This document shows positions 18,001-27,814 of a stretch of DNA of 64,000 bases, piece after piece. Source of the DNA: Phycisphaerae bacterium (GTDB taxonomy: Bacteria > Planctomycetota > Phycisphaerae > UBA1845 > PWPN01); assembly GCA_016928855.1 (NCBI GenBank), contig JAFGKA010000396.1, positions 4,044 through 68,043 of the forward strand, in the 5' to 3' direction. The stretch's first letter is position 1. Each line of letters opens with the position of its first letter. Both the position numbers and the translations under genes were made by a program. The notes beneath the pieces were generated by a model, which was given only the letters and a program-made list of their open reading frames with translations, searched no databases and was not told the origin of the DNA.

Positions 18001-18974
18001 TGTGGTTGCTTGACGCTCTTCGTCGGCGCGGCGGGTCGAACTTGCCCGCGCGGTATGTGTTTCTGATTCCGGACAAGGTGACATCGCCACGCGGCGGGAT
18101 CATGAACATTGTGCGTCATTGCCAAATCGCCGCTGAACTTGGGGCGCCGGCGGTTCTTGCGACCGATACCGGCAAGGACCCACATGGGCAGGAGTGGTTT
18201 CTCCATCAGTTGCCTGTCATTAAATGGTCGCAACGGCGGCGGCAGGATACCTGCGTCGTTCCCGACTTGTGGTCGAAGCGAGCCAACAAAGTGCACGGCC
18301 CCTGCGTGGTATACATGCAAGTGCCGAATCGGCTCTACAATGACTTTGACCACACGCGGGAGGACTTGCAGATCTGGACGGATTCGTCGTTGATGCTGAC
18401 CCTGTGCCGCGAGCGATACCCCGGCAAAGAGATTCCCATTGTTCCCAACGTGGTCGATAACAAGGCGTTTCCGTTCATTCCGCAGCAGGAACGACGCGAA
18501 GGCATGATCATCGTGTTTCCGAGAAAGGGCTCGGATTTCATCGATAGCGTCTTCGCCGAATACGCTCGCCGGGGCGGGCAGTACTGGAAGCCGAAGGTGC
18601 TTGACAAGATGCGTTTCGACCGAATGGCCAAGGTCTTCGAACAAGCACAGGCTTTCCTGGCGTCCGCGGATGTCGAAGGCTGTGCATTGCCGCCGCAGGA
18701 GTCCATGGCGGCGGGCGTTGTCGTCGTGGGAAAGGATGCCAATGGCGCGAACTTCTGTATGCAGCATGGTAAGACGGCGATGGTGGCAAGTACTCCCGAA
18801 GAGGTGGCTATCGCCCTGCGAGAGCTTGAAGCACCCTCTCTACGGGCTACGCTGGCGCACAATGCCTATGACTTCATCAAGCAGTTCTTCCCGGACGCCG
18901 CCCCTATGGCGTTCTGGCGACAGATCCTGAGTGCGCGTTCACGGTGTCCGCTGCCATCGGGGCAGGGCGCCTGA
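18000..18974 (+). CDS. GT-B fold glycosyltransferase (GT4/GT1-like)
   Basis: C-terminal EGCALPPQESMAAGVVVVG matches the E-x7-E type motif of retaining GT-B enzymes. The ATG at 18000 overlaps the upstream TGA. Confidence 0.65.
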   Translation: MWLLDALRRRGGSNLPARYVFLIPDKVTSPRGGIMNIVRHCQIAAELGAPAVLATDTGKDPHGQEWFLHQLPVIKWSQRRRQDTCVVPDLWSKRANKVHGPCVVYMQVPNRLYNDFDHTREDLQIWTDSSLMLTLCRERYPGKEIPIVPNVVDNKAFPFIPQQERREGMIIVFPRKGSDFIDSVFAEYARRGGQYWKPKVLDKMRFDRMAKVFEQAQAFLASADVEGCALPPQESMAAGVVVVGKDANGANFCMQHGKTAMVASTPEEVAIALRELEAPSLRATLAHNAYDFIKQFFPDAAPMAFWRQILSARSRCPLPSGQGA

Positions 18975-20581
18975 GTCCGGGCGGGAGCACAAGCTTGGCT
19001 GATGTACATGCACGATCGCTTAGCCGCAATGCCTTTTACGCGGGCGCACTTCAGTTCTGGACAATCGCCTCGCGGTTCATCATTACGCCGCTGGTGATCG
19101 CCAAGCTCGGATTGGCCGGCTACGGAACCTGGACGCTGTTGTTTGGTATCTGCGCGTACGTGAGTATGTTCGATACGAGTTTCGGATTCGCCTACAGCAA
19201 GTTCACCGCGGAATACGATCGCAGGGGAGATTACGAGAAGCTATCAGCCCTGATTGGCTCCGGGATCGTCTTAATCGGAAGCGTGGGAGTTCTGGGGGTC
19301 GGTTGTATCTGGATCTGGCGATACCCCATTCTCCATCTCCTGAGCGTCCCGGCGGACCTGATTGATGATGCGAGCTCGGCCCTGCTTATTGTGTCATCGT
19401 GCTTGCTGTTGCGGATGAGCGTCGGCAGCGTGTTTCAGATTCTGGCGGGACTTCAACGCATTGATCTGCAGTACAAGCTGAACATGCTGGCCTCCGCTAT
19501 CGAGTTCGGCGTCGCGTTCCTGCTGCTTTCGAGGGGGTACGGCCTGCTGGGGCTCGCGGTGGGGCACTTGTGCGGTCAGGTGATCGGAACGCTTGGGGGT
19601 CGGGTCCTGTGTTGGCGACTCTGTCCCCGTCTGCATGTCTCCCCGTTGTGGGCCAGCCGCGCCGGGTGTCGTGAGATCGCTTCACTGGGGGGGCGTTTCC
19701 AGTTGCTCTCCATACTGAATCTGATGGTGTCTCAGGGAGTGCGTATGCTGATGGCGGCCCTGTTCGGCGTATCGGTCCTGGGCATCTATGAGCTGGCCAA
19801 CAAGCTGCTGACCCTCGGCAAGACGGCAAGCGGCGCCATCATTGCGCCGTTGATGCCTGCCTTCGCCAATATCCACGCCGGCCAGGACACGGAGAGATGG
19901 CACAATCTCTACACGCTGAGTTCCAAGCTGGTCGCCGCATGTGCCATGGTGTGCATGGGGTTCCTGTTCGCCTTTGCGGATCGGGTTTTGCTGATGTGGA
20001 CCGGGCAGGAGGTTCCCCTGGCAGCCTGGACAATTCGTGTCGCGGCCGGCGCGGCCGTGCTTGTTCTCATGACCGGTGTGGGGACGGCAAGCCTGCGAGG
20101 CAAGGGGATGCTCCGGCTGGAAATGCTGTATGCCATGGTGGGCGTTCCGGCAACACTGATACTGCTCGTCGTCGCCTTCCTGTGGGGCGGCTACCGGGCC
20201 ATGGTACTGGCCGTCACCATTGGCCAGGTATTCTCGGCGGCGTGGTTTCTTGTGGCGTTCCACCGCTCGGAGGGGCTTTCTCTCCTGCACTACGTTCGTG
20301 TCACCCTGTTGAGGCCGGCGCTGATCGCTGGGAGCGTGACATTGGCTGCGATCGCGCTCAGGCCGCTGGCTGACACAATGACACCCCCCTGGTCTGGCCG
20401 GTGGGGCGTCCTGTTCGAGATTGCAGCGTGGGGATTCGTTTTCAGCCTGGTTGCGGGACTGGGGCTATGGTACGGCACCTTTGTGGACCACGAAAGGCGG
20501 CGGCTCATTGGCCTGGTCTTGCCCGGTCAACGCAGAGTGGTGGGTCCGGAGCGAGACCGGCCGACCATGGCTCAACTGTGA
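18944..20581 (+). CDS. Wzx-like polysaccharide flippase (MOP superfamily)
   Basis: About 12-14 hydrophobic segments. The N-terminus SLSRNAFYAGALQFWTIASRFIITPLVIAKLGLAGYGTWTLLFGI is typical of the Polysacc_synt family. The GTG start is uncertain. Confidence 0.8.
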   Translation: MSAAIGAGRLSPGGSTSLADVHARSLSRNAFYAGALQFWTIASRFIITPLVIAKLGLAGYGTWTLLFGICAYVSMFDTSFGFAYSKFTAEYDRRGDYEKLSALIGSGIVLIGSVGVLGVGCIWIWRYPILHLLSVPADLIDDASSALLIVSSCLLLRMSVGSVFQILAGLQRIDLQYKLNMLASAIEFGVAFLLLSRGYGLLGLAVGHLCGQVIGTLGGRVLCWRLCPRLHVSPLWASRAGCREIASLGGRFQLLSILNLMVSQGVRMLMAALFGVSVLGIYELANKLLTLGKTASGAIIAPLMPAFANIHAGQDTERWHNLYTLSSKLVAACAMVCMGFLFAFADRVLLMWTGQEVPLAAWTIRVAAGAAVLVLMTGVGTASLRGKGMLRLEMLYAMVGVPATLILLVVAFLWGGYRAMVLAVTIGQVFSAAWFLVAFHRSEGLSLLHYVRVTLLRPALIAGSVTLAAIALRPLADTMTPPWSGRWGVLFEIAAWGFVFSLVAGLGLWYGTFVDHERRRLIGLVLPGQRRVVGPERDRPTMAQL

Positions 20582-20717
20582 ACTGGGGTGCGGCATTATT
20601 CTTGCACTCCTTGCCATGCGACCCCTACCCTCTTCTTCGTGGGGGCGACCGTCCGGCCTCGCGCGGCTTCAAATCCGCTATCAGGCGACGGGACGCCCAA
20701 CGGAACGGGAGTTTAGC

Positions 20718-21539
20718 ATGAACCGGCTCACTCTCCTCAGTCTGCTCAAACGTCTTGTTGGCCTGCGTTCAACTCTCGCAACCCCGTATACCTATCATCC
20801 CGGCGATGTGGTGGTGGAGGACTTCTCGGAGTTCTCTAGCATACCGCTGACTGATGTCTGCAGTCGGGTATCCGCGTGCCATCGTCTCATTGGAGACGAA
20901 TGGAAAGAGGTAGGCGGCGAGACGTCCGCACGACAGTCCGCTCAGTTCTACGAGATATCCCAGAACTTTATTTTCGACACACTATCAGCCAATGCACGCC
21001 CAGAGATGGTCATCGACAAACTGAACCGCTTCGATCCAATGATCTTAGATGCGATCAACAGCCATTGCGGGCGTCACTTGCTCGACTTTGGAGGCGGGAT
21101 TGGGGTTTTCTGCGAGATTGCGGCGCGTATGGGCAAGCAGGTGTATTACATGGAGTTGCCGGGGCTCGCCTTTGAGTTCGCAGCATGGCGGTACAAGAAG
21201 TATCGGTTGCCAGTGTCGATGATCGAGGCAAAGGTCGATCGTATCGACATACCAGGACAGTATGACATCGTCTACACCGATGCCGTTGTGGAGCACCTGC
21301 CACCGGTGGTGCAAGCTGAGGCAGTGGAAGCACTCGCAGGTGCCGTACGTGCCGGTGGCCTGCTCGTCCTCCTCATCGATTTATCAGGACCCAGCGATGA
21401 CGCTCCGATGCACTATGATGTCGATATTTCGGGTCTCCATCGCCTACTGGATCGAGCAGGGCTCAACTGTGACCGAGGCGTCAGCAGCTTCTGCTCATTG
21501 TGGCGACGATCCGGAGAAAGTAAAAACCGCCAGCTCTGA
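20718..21539 (+). CDS. Class I SAM-dependent methyltransferase
   Basis: In-frame ATG at 20718. Motif I is LLDFGGGIGVFCEIAA, followed by YDIVYTDAVVEHLPP. The upstream part of the ORF overlaps the flippase gene. Confidence 0.75.
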   Translation: MNRLTLLSLLKRLVGLRSTLATPYTYHPGDVVVEDFSEFSSIPLTDVCSRVSACHRLIGDEWKEVGGETSARQSAQFYEISQNFIFDTLSANARPEMVIDKLNRFDPMILDAINSHCGRHLLDFGGGIGVFCEIAARMGKQVYYMELPGLAFEFAAWRYKKYRLPVSMIEAKVDRIDIPGQYDIVYTDAVVEHLPPVVQAEAVEALAGAVRAGGLLVLLIDLSGPSDDAPMHYDVDISGLHRLLDRAGLNCDRGVSSFCSLWRRSGESKNRQL

Positions 21540-21730
21540 TTCCGTTGTATTTGTTTAGTATGACAAAGCCACCTCTTCTCAACTTCTTCTTCCTTTCTCG
21601 CAGGGGTTCTCCGAGCCAACGAGCGAACGGTTTTGTGGTGTCGGCCGTCACGGCTGCGTGCGGCCAATAAAGGATCGCTGCTCCCGAACCGGAGCGGACG
21701 GCGGCGACTGAACTTTGATGTGGGTACCAT

Positions 21731-22345
21731 ATGATTCCTGACAGGCTTGCCAAGTACTTGAGGTACCGGTTTTGGGCCGCTCAGCAGTATCCCGATCCAG
21801 ATTATCTGTATTCCCGTGGCGGTATAGGTGATGTGGTGCGCCACCTCAAATCATGCGCTTCGGCGCAGCGCACGCGCGAGATTCTCGCGAAGTTCGGTGC
21901 GAACATCCATCCGGAGATCGCGTCGATCGGTCCGTGGATCACGCTTTACGTTGTCGGCAAGGATTTCAGCAATTTGACTATTGGCCGGAATGCCTACATC
22001 GGCCCCGAAGTGTTCCTGGATCTCACCGACAGGATCGCTATCGAAGAGAGCGCGGCGATCGCCATGCGCTCCGTGATTCTCACCCACGTGAACATCGGCG
22101 AAGGATATCCCAACAAGCCCATGACGCGTGTCATTCGTGCAAGACAAGCTCAAACCACATTCAAGAGAGGTTCCACGGTCGGGGCGGGGTCCATCGTTCT
22201 GCATGGTGTCACCATCGGCGAGGACGCAGCCGTAGGCGCTGGTGTTGTGGTCAAGAAAGACGTTCCGCCTCGCACGGTTGTCCGGTCATCCGCGCATGAA
22301 CCGCCCTACACGGTAGCGGAACGCTTCCTCCGTGCCGGCCCGTAG
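21731..22345 (+). CDS. Hexapeptide-repeat (LbH) acyl/acetyltransferase
   Basis: IGRNAYIGPEVFL..IAIEESAAIAMRSVILTH..FKRGSTVGAGSIVLHGVTIGEDAAVGAGVVVKKDVPP. Confidence 0.8.
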   Translation: MIPDRLAKYLRYRFWAAQQYPDPDYLYSRGGIGDVVRHLKSCASAQRTREILAKFGANIHPEIASIGPWITLYVVGKDFSNLTIGRNAYIGPEVFLDLTDRIAIEESAAIAMRSVILTHVNIGEGYPNKPMTRVIRARQAQTTFKRGSTVGAGSIVLHGVTIGEDAAVGAGVVVKKDVPPRTVVRSSAHEPPYTVAERFLRAGP

Positions 22346-22574
22346 CACCTGCCGCGGGTTTCACTCGGAATAGACCAGTGCCGGTGCTACCGCCATCCGT
22401 CTCTGGATGACCACGATTGATGGGGGCACGGAAACAGCAGCCCGCAAATTGCCGCGGTGGCGACTGAACAGGCTTGAATACGGCCCGGTAGCGGTTTCGG
22501 GCAGATTATTCGGGGTTTCGCTCTGTCGCATGCGCGGCTCGAAGCGGAAAGACGGAGACGCGCGAGGACGGCAC

Positions 22575-22886
22575 ATGAGTTGTGAAAATCAGATCCTGAG
22601 TTTTATCACAGAGGCATTCCTGCTGGGGGACGGCGCCGGGATACAGCCCACTCAATCCCTTCTGGGCTCGGGCGTGATCGATTCCACCGGCGTCCTTGAA
22701 CTGGTCCTCTTCATCGAGAAGACCTTCGGCATCCAGGTTGCCGATGAGGAAATGATCCCATCCAACATGGACAGCATCCGTCACATTGCCGACTACGTGC
22801 GACGCAAGCAGGCCAGCGCGGATGTGAGCACGGATGAGCCATGCCAGCCGGAGTGCGGCGAACAGCAGGCGGTTCCTCGACCATAG
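22575..22886 (+). CDS. Acyl carrier protein
   Basis: In-frame ATG at 22575. LLGSGVIDSTGVLELVLFIEKTFG contains the DS phosphopantetheine-attachment-type motif. It lies directly upstream of an AMP-forming ligase. Confidence 0.8.
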   Translation: MSCENQILSFITEAFLLGDGAGIQPTQSLLGSGVIDSTGVLELVLFIEKTFGIQVADEEMIPSNMDSIRHIADYVRRKQASADVSTDEPCQPECGEQQAVPRP

Positions 22887-22917
22887 GTTCAGCACACCGA
22901 GACAGAAGGAAATCCCG

Positions 22918-24477
22918 ATGAAACTCGTTCACGACTTCTTGGTCGAGTCAGCCGGGCAGTTCCCGGACAAACCGGCGATCATCTCGGATGGGGCGACACT
23001 CTCCTTTCGCGCGATCCACCAAGCCAGTGACTGCTTGGCGACGGCGCTGCAGGGAGCAGGGATTTCCAGGGGAGACAGGGTGGCCGTCTTCGCGGAGAAC
23101 GGTGCGGCGGCGGCCGTTGCCATCTTCGGAATCCTGAAAGCCGGCGGCGTGTTCGTCATGATCAATCCGACCACGAAGGCCCGCAAGCTTGCGTACATGC
23201 TCAATGACTGTGAAGTCCGGGCGGTCATCGCCCATCCCGTGCTTTCACGGGCGCTGGTGCCGGCCCTGGCCGAGACCCTCTCCCCTCCCGCGATCATCTG
23301 GACGCAGTGTCCGACAGACGAATGCGTTGCCGGCTTGGTTCTCTCGGAGATCATTGCCGGACCGCACACAACGCCATCGGATCCGGGCCTCATTGATATC
23401 GACCTGTGTACGATTATTTACACTTCCGGATCCACCGGCGACCCCAAGGGGGTTATGCTAACCCACCACAACATGGTCAATACCGCCTGGGCCATCTCCA
23501 CGTATCTCGGAAACGTACCGGAAGATGTCGTCATTTGCATGCTGCCTCTTTCCTTCGGCTACGGCCTGTACCAGATCATCACCGGCGGCCAGGTGGGCTT
23601 CACGGTCCTGTTGGAGCAGGGCTTCGCGTACCCCTGGCAGATCCTGCAGGATATGGCTGACCATCGCGTCACCGGCCTGCCCGGGGTGCCGACGATATTC
23701 GCGACGCTATTGCAGTTCGCCCCGTTTGAGGGGCTCGACCTGAGTTCCCTGCGCTATATCAGCAACGCGGCCGCTGCGTTTCCGCCGGCGCATATCCGCC
23801 GATTGCAGTCGGTTCTTCCGGGCGTGTGTGTGTTTTCGATGTACGGCCTTACGGAATGCACACGTGTCAGCTATCTCGCCCCGGACCGGCTGCACGACAA
23901 AGTTACGTCAGTCGGCAAGGCCATGCCGAACTCCGAGGTCTACATCGTCGACGAGGCGGGACGCCGGGTGGGCCCGGGGACGATTGGTGAACTCGTGATC
24001 CGTGGCGCCAATGTCATGCGGGGGTACTGGGGAAAACCCAGGGAAACGGATGAACGTCTCCGCGACGGCGAAATCCCGGGCGAAAAGGTCCTCTATTCCG
24101 GCGACCTGTTCAGGATGGACGAAGAAGGATTTCTCTACTTCGTCGGCCGAAAGGATGATGTGTTCAAGTGCAAGGGCGAGAAGATCAGTCCGCGCGAAAT
24201 CGAAAACGTGCTTCATGAAATGGAAGCGGTCGCGGTTGCGGCGGTGGTCGGTGTCGAGGATCCCATCGAGGGGCGGGCGATCAAGGCGTTTGTGGTCCCG
24301 CGCGAAGGCGCCGCATTGAACGAGTCGGACGTCCTCAAACACTGCCGGGCCCATCTCGAAAACTACATGGTGCCGAAGTACGTCGAGATCCGCGACAGTC
24401 TGCCGACAACGGAGTCGGGCAAGGTGAAGAAGAGCGCCCTGGCGTCAGCCGGCGCGCCACAGAGCCCCGCGACGTAA
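22918..24477 (+). CDS. AMP-forming acyl-CoA/acyl-ACP ligase (exosortase-locus type)
   Basis: ATG at 22918 preceded by gaagga. IIYTSGSTGDPKGV, GELVIRGANVMRGYW, YSGDLFRMDEEGFLYFVGRKDDVFKCKGEKISPREIE. Confidence 0.9.
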   Translation: MKLVHDFLVESAGQFPDKPAIISDGATLSFRAIHQASDCLATALQGAGISRGDRVAVFAENGAAAAVAIFGILKAGGVFVMINPTTKARKLAYMLNDCEVRAVIAHPVLSRALVPALAETLSPPAIIWTQCPTDECVAGLVLSEIIAGPHTTPSDPGLIDIDLCTIIYTSGSTGDPKGVMLTHHNMVNTAWAISTYLGNVPEDVVICMLPLSFGYGLYQIITGGQVGFTVLLEQGFAYPWQILQDMADHRVTGLPGVPTIFATLLQFAPFEGLDLSSLRYISNAAAAFPPAHIRRLQSVLPGVCVFSMYGLTECTRVSYLAPDRLHDKVTSVGKAMPNSEVYIVDEAGRRVGPGTIGELVIRGANVMRGYWGKPRETDERLRDGEIPGEKVLYSGDLFRMDEEGFLYFVGRKDDVFKCKGEKISPREIENVLHEMEAVAVAAVVGVEDPIEGRAIKAFVVPREGAALNESDVLKHCRAHLENYMVPKYVEIRDSLPTTESGKVKKSALASAGAPQSPAT

Positions 24478-24501
24478 GGACGCGCCCGAAGGAGAGACGC
24501 C

Positions 24502-26547
24502 TTGTGCGGCATCGCCGGCATCCTGGTTGAACCCGCTTCGAAGCCTCCTGCGATCGAGAAGCTTCATCGAATGGTTGCGATGTTGAGACACCGCGGACCC
24601 GATGGCTACGGCCTCTACCAGGACCGAAGGGTCGGGTTGGCCCACGCCCGCCTGAGCATTATTGACCTGGTCAGCGGGGCTCAGCCCATTCATAACGAAG
24701 ATGAGTCCGTGTGGGTCATCTTGAACGGAGAGGTCTTCAATTACCTGGAGCTGCGCCGGGAATTGGAGGCCCTCGGCCACCGCTTCTATACCCAGAGCGA
24801 CACCGAGGTCATTGTTCACGCCTACGAGCAATACGGGCAGCAGGCCTGGGTGCGTTTCAACGGCCAGTTCGCTTTCGCATTGTGGGACAATCGCTCCCAT
24901 TGCCTCTGGCTTGTGCGAGACCGCTTGGGCATAATCCCTCTTCATTACACGCGCGTTCGGGATCGTCTGCTTTTTGCATCCGAGGTCAAAGCGCTGTTCG
25001 CCAGCGGGGATCTGGAGCCGGAGGTGGATGCCGACGGCATCGCCCAGGTCTTCACCGGCTGGGCCGCCTGCGCGCCATGCACGGTATTCAAAAATGTTTT
25101 CAGCGTCCGAGCCGGCGCCGCCCTGTGTTTCCGGGGCGATCTGGAAGCCGTGCAGACAGTCTATTGGCGCCCCGATCTGGCGGAAGATGCGCGATTGGCA
25201 TTGATGAAGCCGGACGACGCTGCCGATTTGCTCGAGGCCCGCTTGCGAGACGCCGTGAGCCTGAGGTTGCGGGCGGATGTGCCGGTCGGCGCGTATCTCA
25301 GCGGAGGCCTGGACTCCTCCGTAATCGGGCATTTCGTTCGGCAGGCGAACGAGAACTCCCTCCAGACGTTCGCGATCCGGTTTGATGATCCGGCATTCGA
25401 CGAAACCCCCCACCAGCGACGGATGGCGGCGCTGCTGGGGACACGGCACCACGAGATAATCTGCCACGCGCGAGACATTTCCGAGGCGCTGCCGGAAGTT
25501 GTCTGGCATTGTGAGACACCGCTGCTGCGAACCGCCCCGGCGCCGTTGTTCCTGCTGTCTAAGCTGGTCAGGGACAACGGGATGAAGGTGGTCATGACCG
25601 GCGAGGGGGCGGACGAACTGTTCGCGGGGTACGATATTTTCAAAGAGGACAGAATTCGTCGATTCTGGGCAAGGCAACCCGATTCACAGTGGCGGCCGTT
25701 GCTCCTATCGCGGCTTTATCCGGACGTCGGCGGTGAGCGCCAGCGGCAGACGGGAATGTGGCGACAGTTCTTCGGGCAGGATCTCGCCCAGGTCCACGAT
25801 CCATTCTACTCACACCGGATTCGCTGGCGGAATAGTGCCTGGACTATGGCTGTGCTCTCACCTGATATTCGCCGTGATGTAGCGCCGGACCGCTGGCGGG
25901 CGCAACTGGAGGACGCCTTGCCGGACGGATGGCGCGCCTGGCCGACGTTGTCGCGGGCTCAAGCGGTGGAAATTGCCAGTTTTATGACCCCCTACCTGCT
26001 GTGTTCACAGGGGGACCGCGTGGCCATGTCCCATGGCGTGGAGGTGCGCTATCCGTTCCTCGATCCCGACCTCGTGAAGCTGGCGTTTGGTTTGCCCTCG
26101 CGACTCAAGCTGCGGGGGATGCAAGACAAGGTTCTTCTTCGGCGCGTCGCGGGCAGGCATCTGCCGCCTGAGATTGGGCAGCGTCCGAAGAAGCCATACC
26201 GCGCCCCCATGACCGAGGCGTTTTTTGGGCCTGCCGCTCCCGACTATGTGGAGGAGCTGCTCTCGCCGTCGGCCTTGACGCGTCTGGGGTTGGCCGCCCC
26301 CACCGCCGCTCGGAAGCTGGTGGACAAGGCCCGGCGGCAGAACGGACGGATGTCGGCGGAACGCGAGGAGATGGCCCTGATCGGCCTGCTGTCCCTGCAA
26401 TTGCTCGGACACTTCTTTCTGGAGGCGTTCGGCGCCGAAGCGACGGCGGCCTATCGACGGCTTGAGCAGGTGCGGCCCGACGTGTGTGTCGTCAGGGCGC
26501 CGGCACCGCAGCCTGCCGAGCCACGACCATCGGAACGAGGGAGCTGA
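24502..26547 (+). CDS. Asparagine synthase-like glutamine-dependent amidotransferase (AsnB family)
   Basis: TTG start followed by CGIAGIL (Ntn Cys2). The PP-loop is YLSGGLDSSVIG. RBS-like ggagag lies upstream. Confidence 0.9.
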   Translation: MCGIAGILVEPASKPPAIEKLHRMVAMLRHRGPDGYGLYQDRRVGLAHARLSIIDLVSGAQPIHNEDESVWVILNGEVFNYLELRRELEALGHRFYTQSDTEVIVHAYEQYGQQAWVRFNGQFAFALWDNRSHCLWLVRDRLGIIPLHYTRVRDRLLFASEVKALFASGDLEPEVDADGIAQVFTGWAACAPCTVFKNVFSVRAGAALCFRGDLEAVQTVYWRPDLAEDARLALMKPDDAADLLEARLRDAVSLRLRADVPVGAYLSGGLDSSVIGHFVRQANENSLQTFAIRFDDPAFDETPHQRRMAALLGTRHHEIICHARDISEALPEVVWHCETPLLRTAPAPLFLLSKLVRDNGMKVVMTGEGADELFAGYDIFKEDRIRRFWARQPDSQWRPLLLSRLYPDVGGERQRQTGMWRQFFGQDLAQVHDPFYSHRIRWRNSAWTMAVLSPDIRRDVAPDRWRAQLEDALPDGWRAWPTLSRAQAVEIASFMTPYLLCSQGDRVAMSHGVEVRYPFLDPDLVKLAFGLPSRLKLRGMQDKVLLRRVAGRHLPPEIGQRPKKPYRAPMTEAFFGPAAPDYVEELLSPSALTRLGLAAPTAARKLVDKARRQNGRMSAEREEMALIGLLSLQLLGHFFLEAFGAEATAAYRRLEQVRPDVCVVRAPAPQPAEPRPSERGS

Positions 26548-26550
26548 TTC

Positions 26551-27639
26551 ATGGGCCCGACTCAACCGAACGGTTTTGGCGCGAATGCGTTGGCGATCGA
26601 TTGCGCGTCGGTCACCCGTCAGGTTTCGCAATCCCTTCGCGAGGCTACGGCTCGCCGACTTCGACGGCGAGGTCTGCTGGTGGCCGTCAGTGGTGGCGTG
26701 GATTCGGCTGTGTGCGCCGCTTTGGCCGTCCGTGCCGTGGGCGCGGAGCGCGTGTTCGGACTGCTCTTGCCGGACCGTGACTCGACGGACAGTGCGACGC
26801 AGCTCGGCCGCCAGGTGTGCGAGACGCTCGGGATGGAGTACCGGATCGAGGATATCTCGCCGATGCTGGATGCAGCGGGCTGCTATCGCAGACGACACGA
26901 GGCCGTGAGGCGTATCTTTCCAGACTTCGCTGAGAATGGAAGGATGAAAATTGTCATGTCGAGCAGCCCCCTGCATTCGGAGCAGGTCAACTTCTTCGAG
27001 CTTGTCGCCGAGATGCCGGACGGAACTCAGAAACGTCGGCGGATGCCGCTGGACGTCTATCTGCAGGTGGTGGCGGCCACCAACATGAAGCAGCGGACGA
27101 GAAAACTGATGGAGTACTACCACGCCGAGCGACTGAATTACGCTGTCGTCGGAACCCCGAATCGGCTGGAGTATGAACTCGGTTTCTTTGTGCGGGGTGG
27201 CGACGGCTTGGCCGACGTGAAGCCCATCGCTCATCTGTACAAGACGCAGGTCTACGCGCTGGCGCGGTATCTCGGTGTCGCCGAGGAGATCTGCTGCCGG
27301 CCGCCCAGCACGGAAACGTACAGCCTGCCGCAGACGCAGGAAGAGTTCTATTTCGCGGTCCCGTATGCCCAGATGGATCTCTTGCTCTACGCCCTGTCGC
27401 ACGGCGTGTCAGCGCGCGACGCCGCCGCGGCGACCCGGTTGAGCGAAGACCAGGCCGAGCGGGTATTCCGCGACATCCTCGCGAAGCGTCGAATCGCGGC
27501 CCAACTGCGTCAGCCCGCGATTCTGATGGACGAAGTGGATCTTGATTCGTCCGCACCGGTGCCCCCGGCCGCCGCCATGAGCTGCGTCGCCCCCGATGAT
27601 CCCGGCACGCCCGATGGCACGCCGGCGGAGGGAGTATGA
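26551..27639 (+). CDS. NAD+ synthetase (NadE)-like PP-loop ATP pyrophosphatase
   Basis: LLVAVSGGVDSAVCAAL (SGGxDS), VVGTPNRLEYELGFFVRGGDGLADVKPIAHLYKTQVYALARYLGV..PPSTE. It has a ~60-aa Ala/Pro-rich C-terminal tail. Confidence 0.8.
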   Translation: MGPTQPNGFGANALAIDCASVTRQVSQSLREATARRLRRRGLLVAVSGGVDSAVCAALAVRAVGAERVFGLLLPDRDSTDSATQLGRQVCETLGMEYRIEDISPMLDAAGCYRRRHEAVRRIFPDFAENGRMKIVMSSSPLHSEQVNFFELVAEMPDGTQKRRRMPLDVYLQVVAATNMKQRTRKLMEYYHAERLNYAVVGTPNRLEYELGFFVRGGDGLADVKPIAHLYKTQVYALARYLGVAEEICCRPPSTETYSLPQTQEEFYFAVPYAQMDLLLYALSHGVSARDAAAATRLSEDQAERVFRDILAKRRIAAQLRQPAILMDEVDLDSSAPVPPAAAMSCVAPDDPGTPDGTPAEGV

Positions 27640-27814
27640 CGCCTCGGCTCGCAAGACAGGACCAAGCCACAAGCGTCGCCTGTGCGACCAGAAAACACAG
27701 GAGCGTTCCCTGATCAGCCAGCGTTCCCAGTTTTCTTCGCCCAGCAACCACGAGAGGCTCAATACGCACGCTGCCGTCTCTCGGCGACGCAGCGCGCTCA
27801 TCTGCTTTGAGAAG

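Noticed and set aside
17820-18767. 315-aa minus-strand ORF
   Set aside because: It is antisense to the GT-B glycosyltransferase and the aminotransferase 3' end, and has no motifs.
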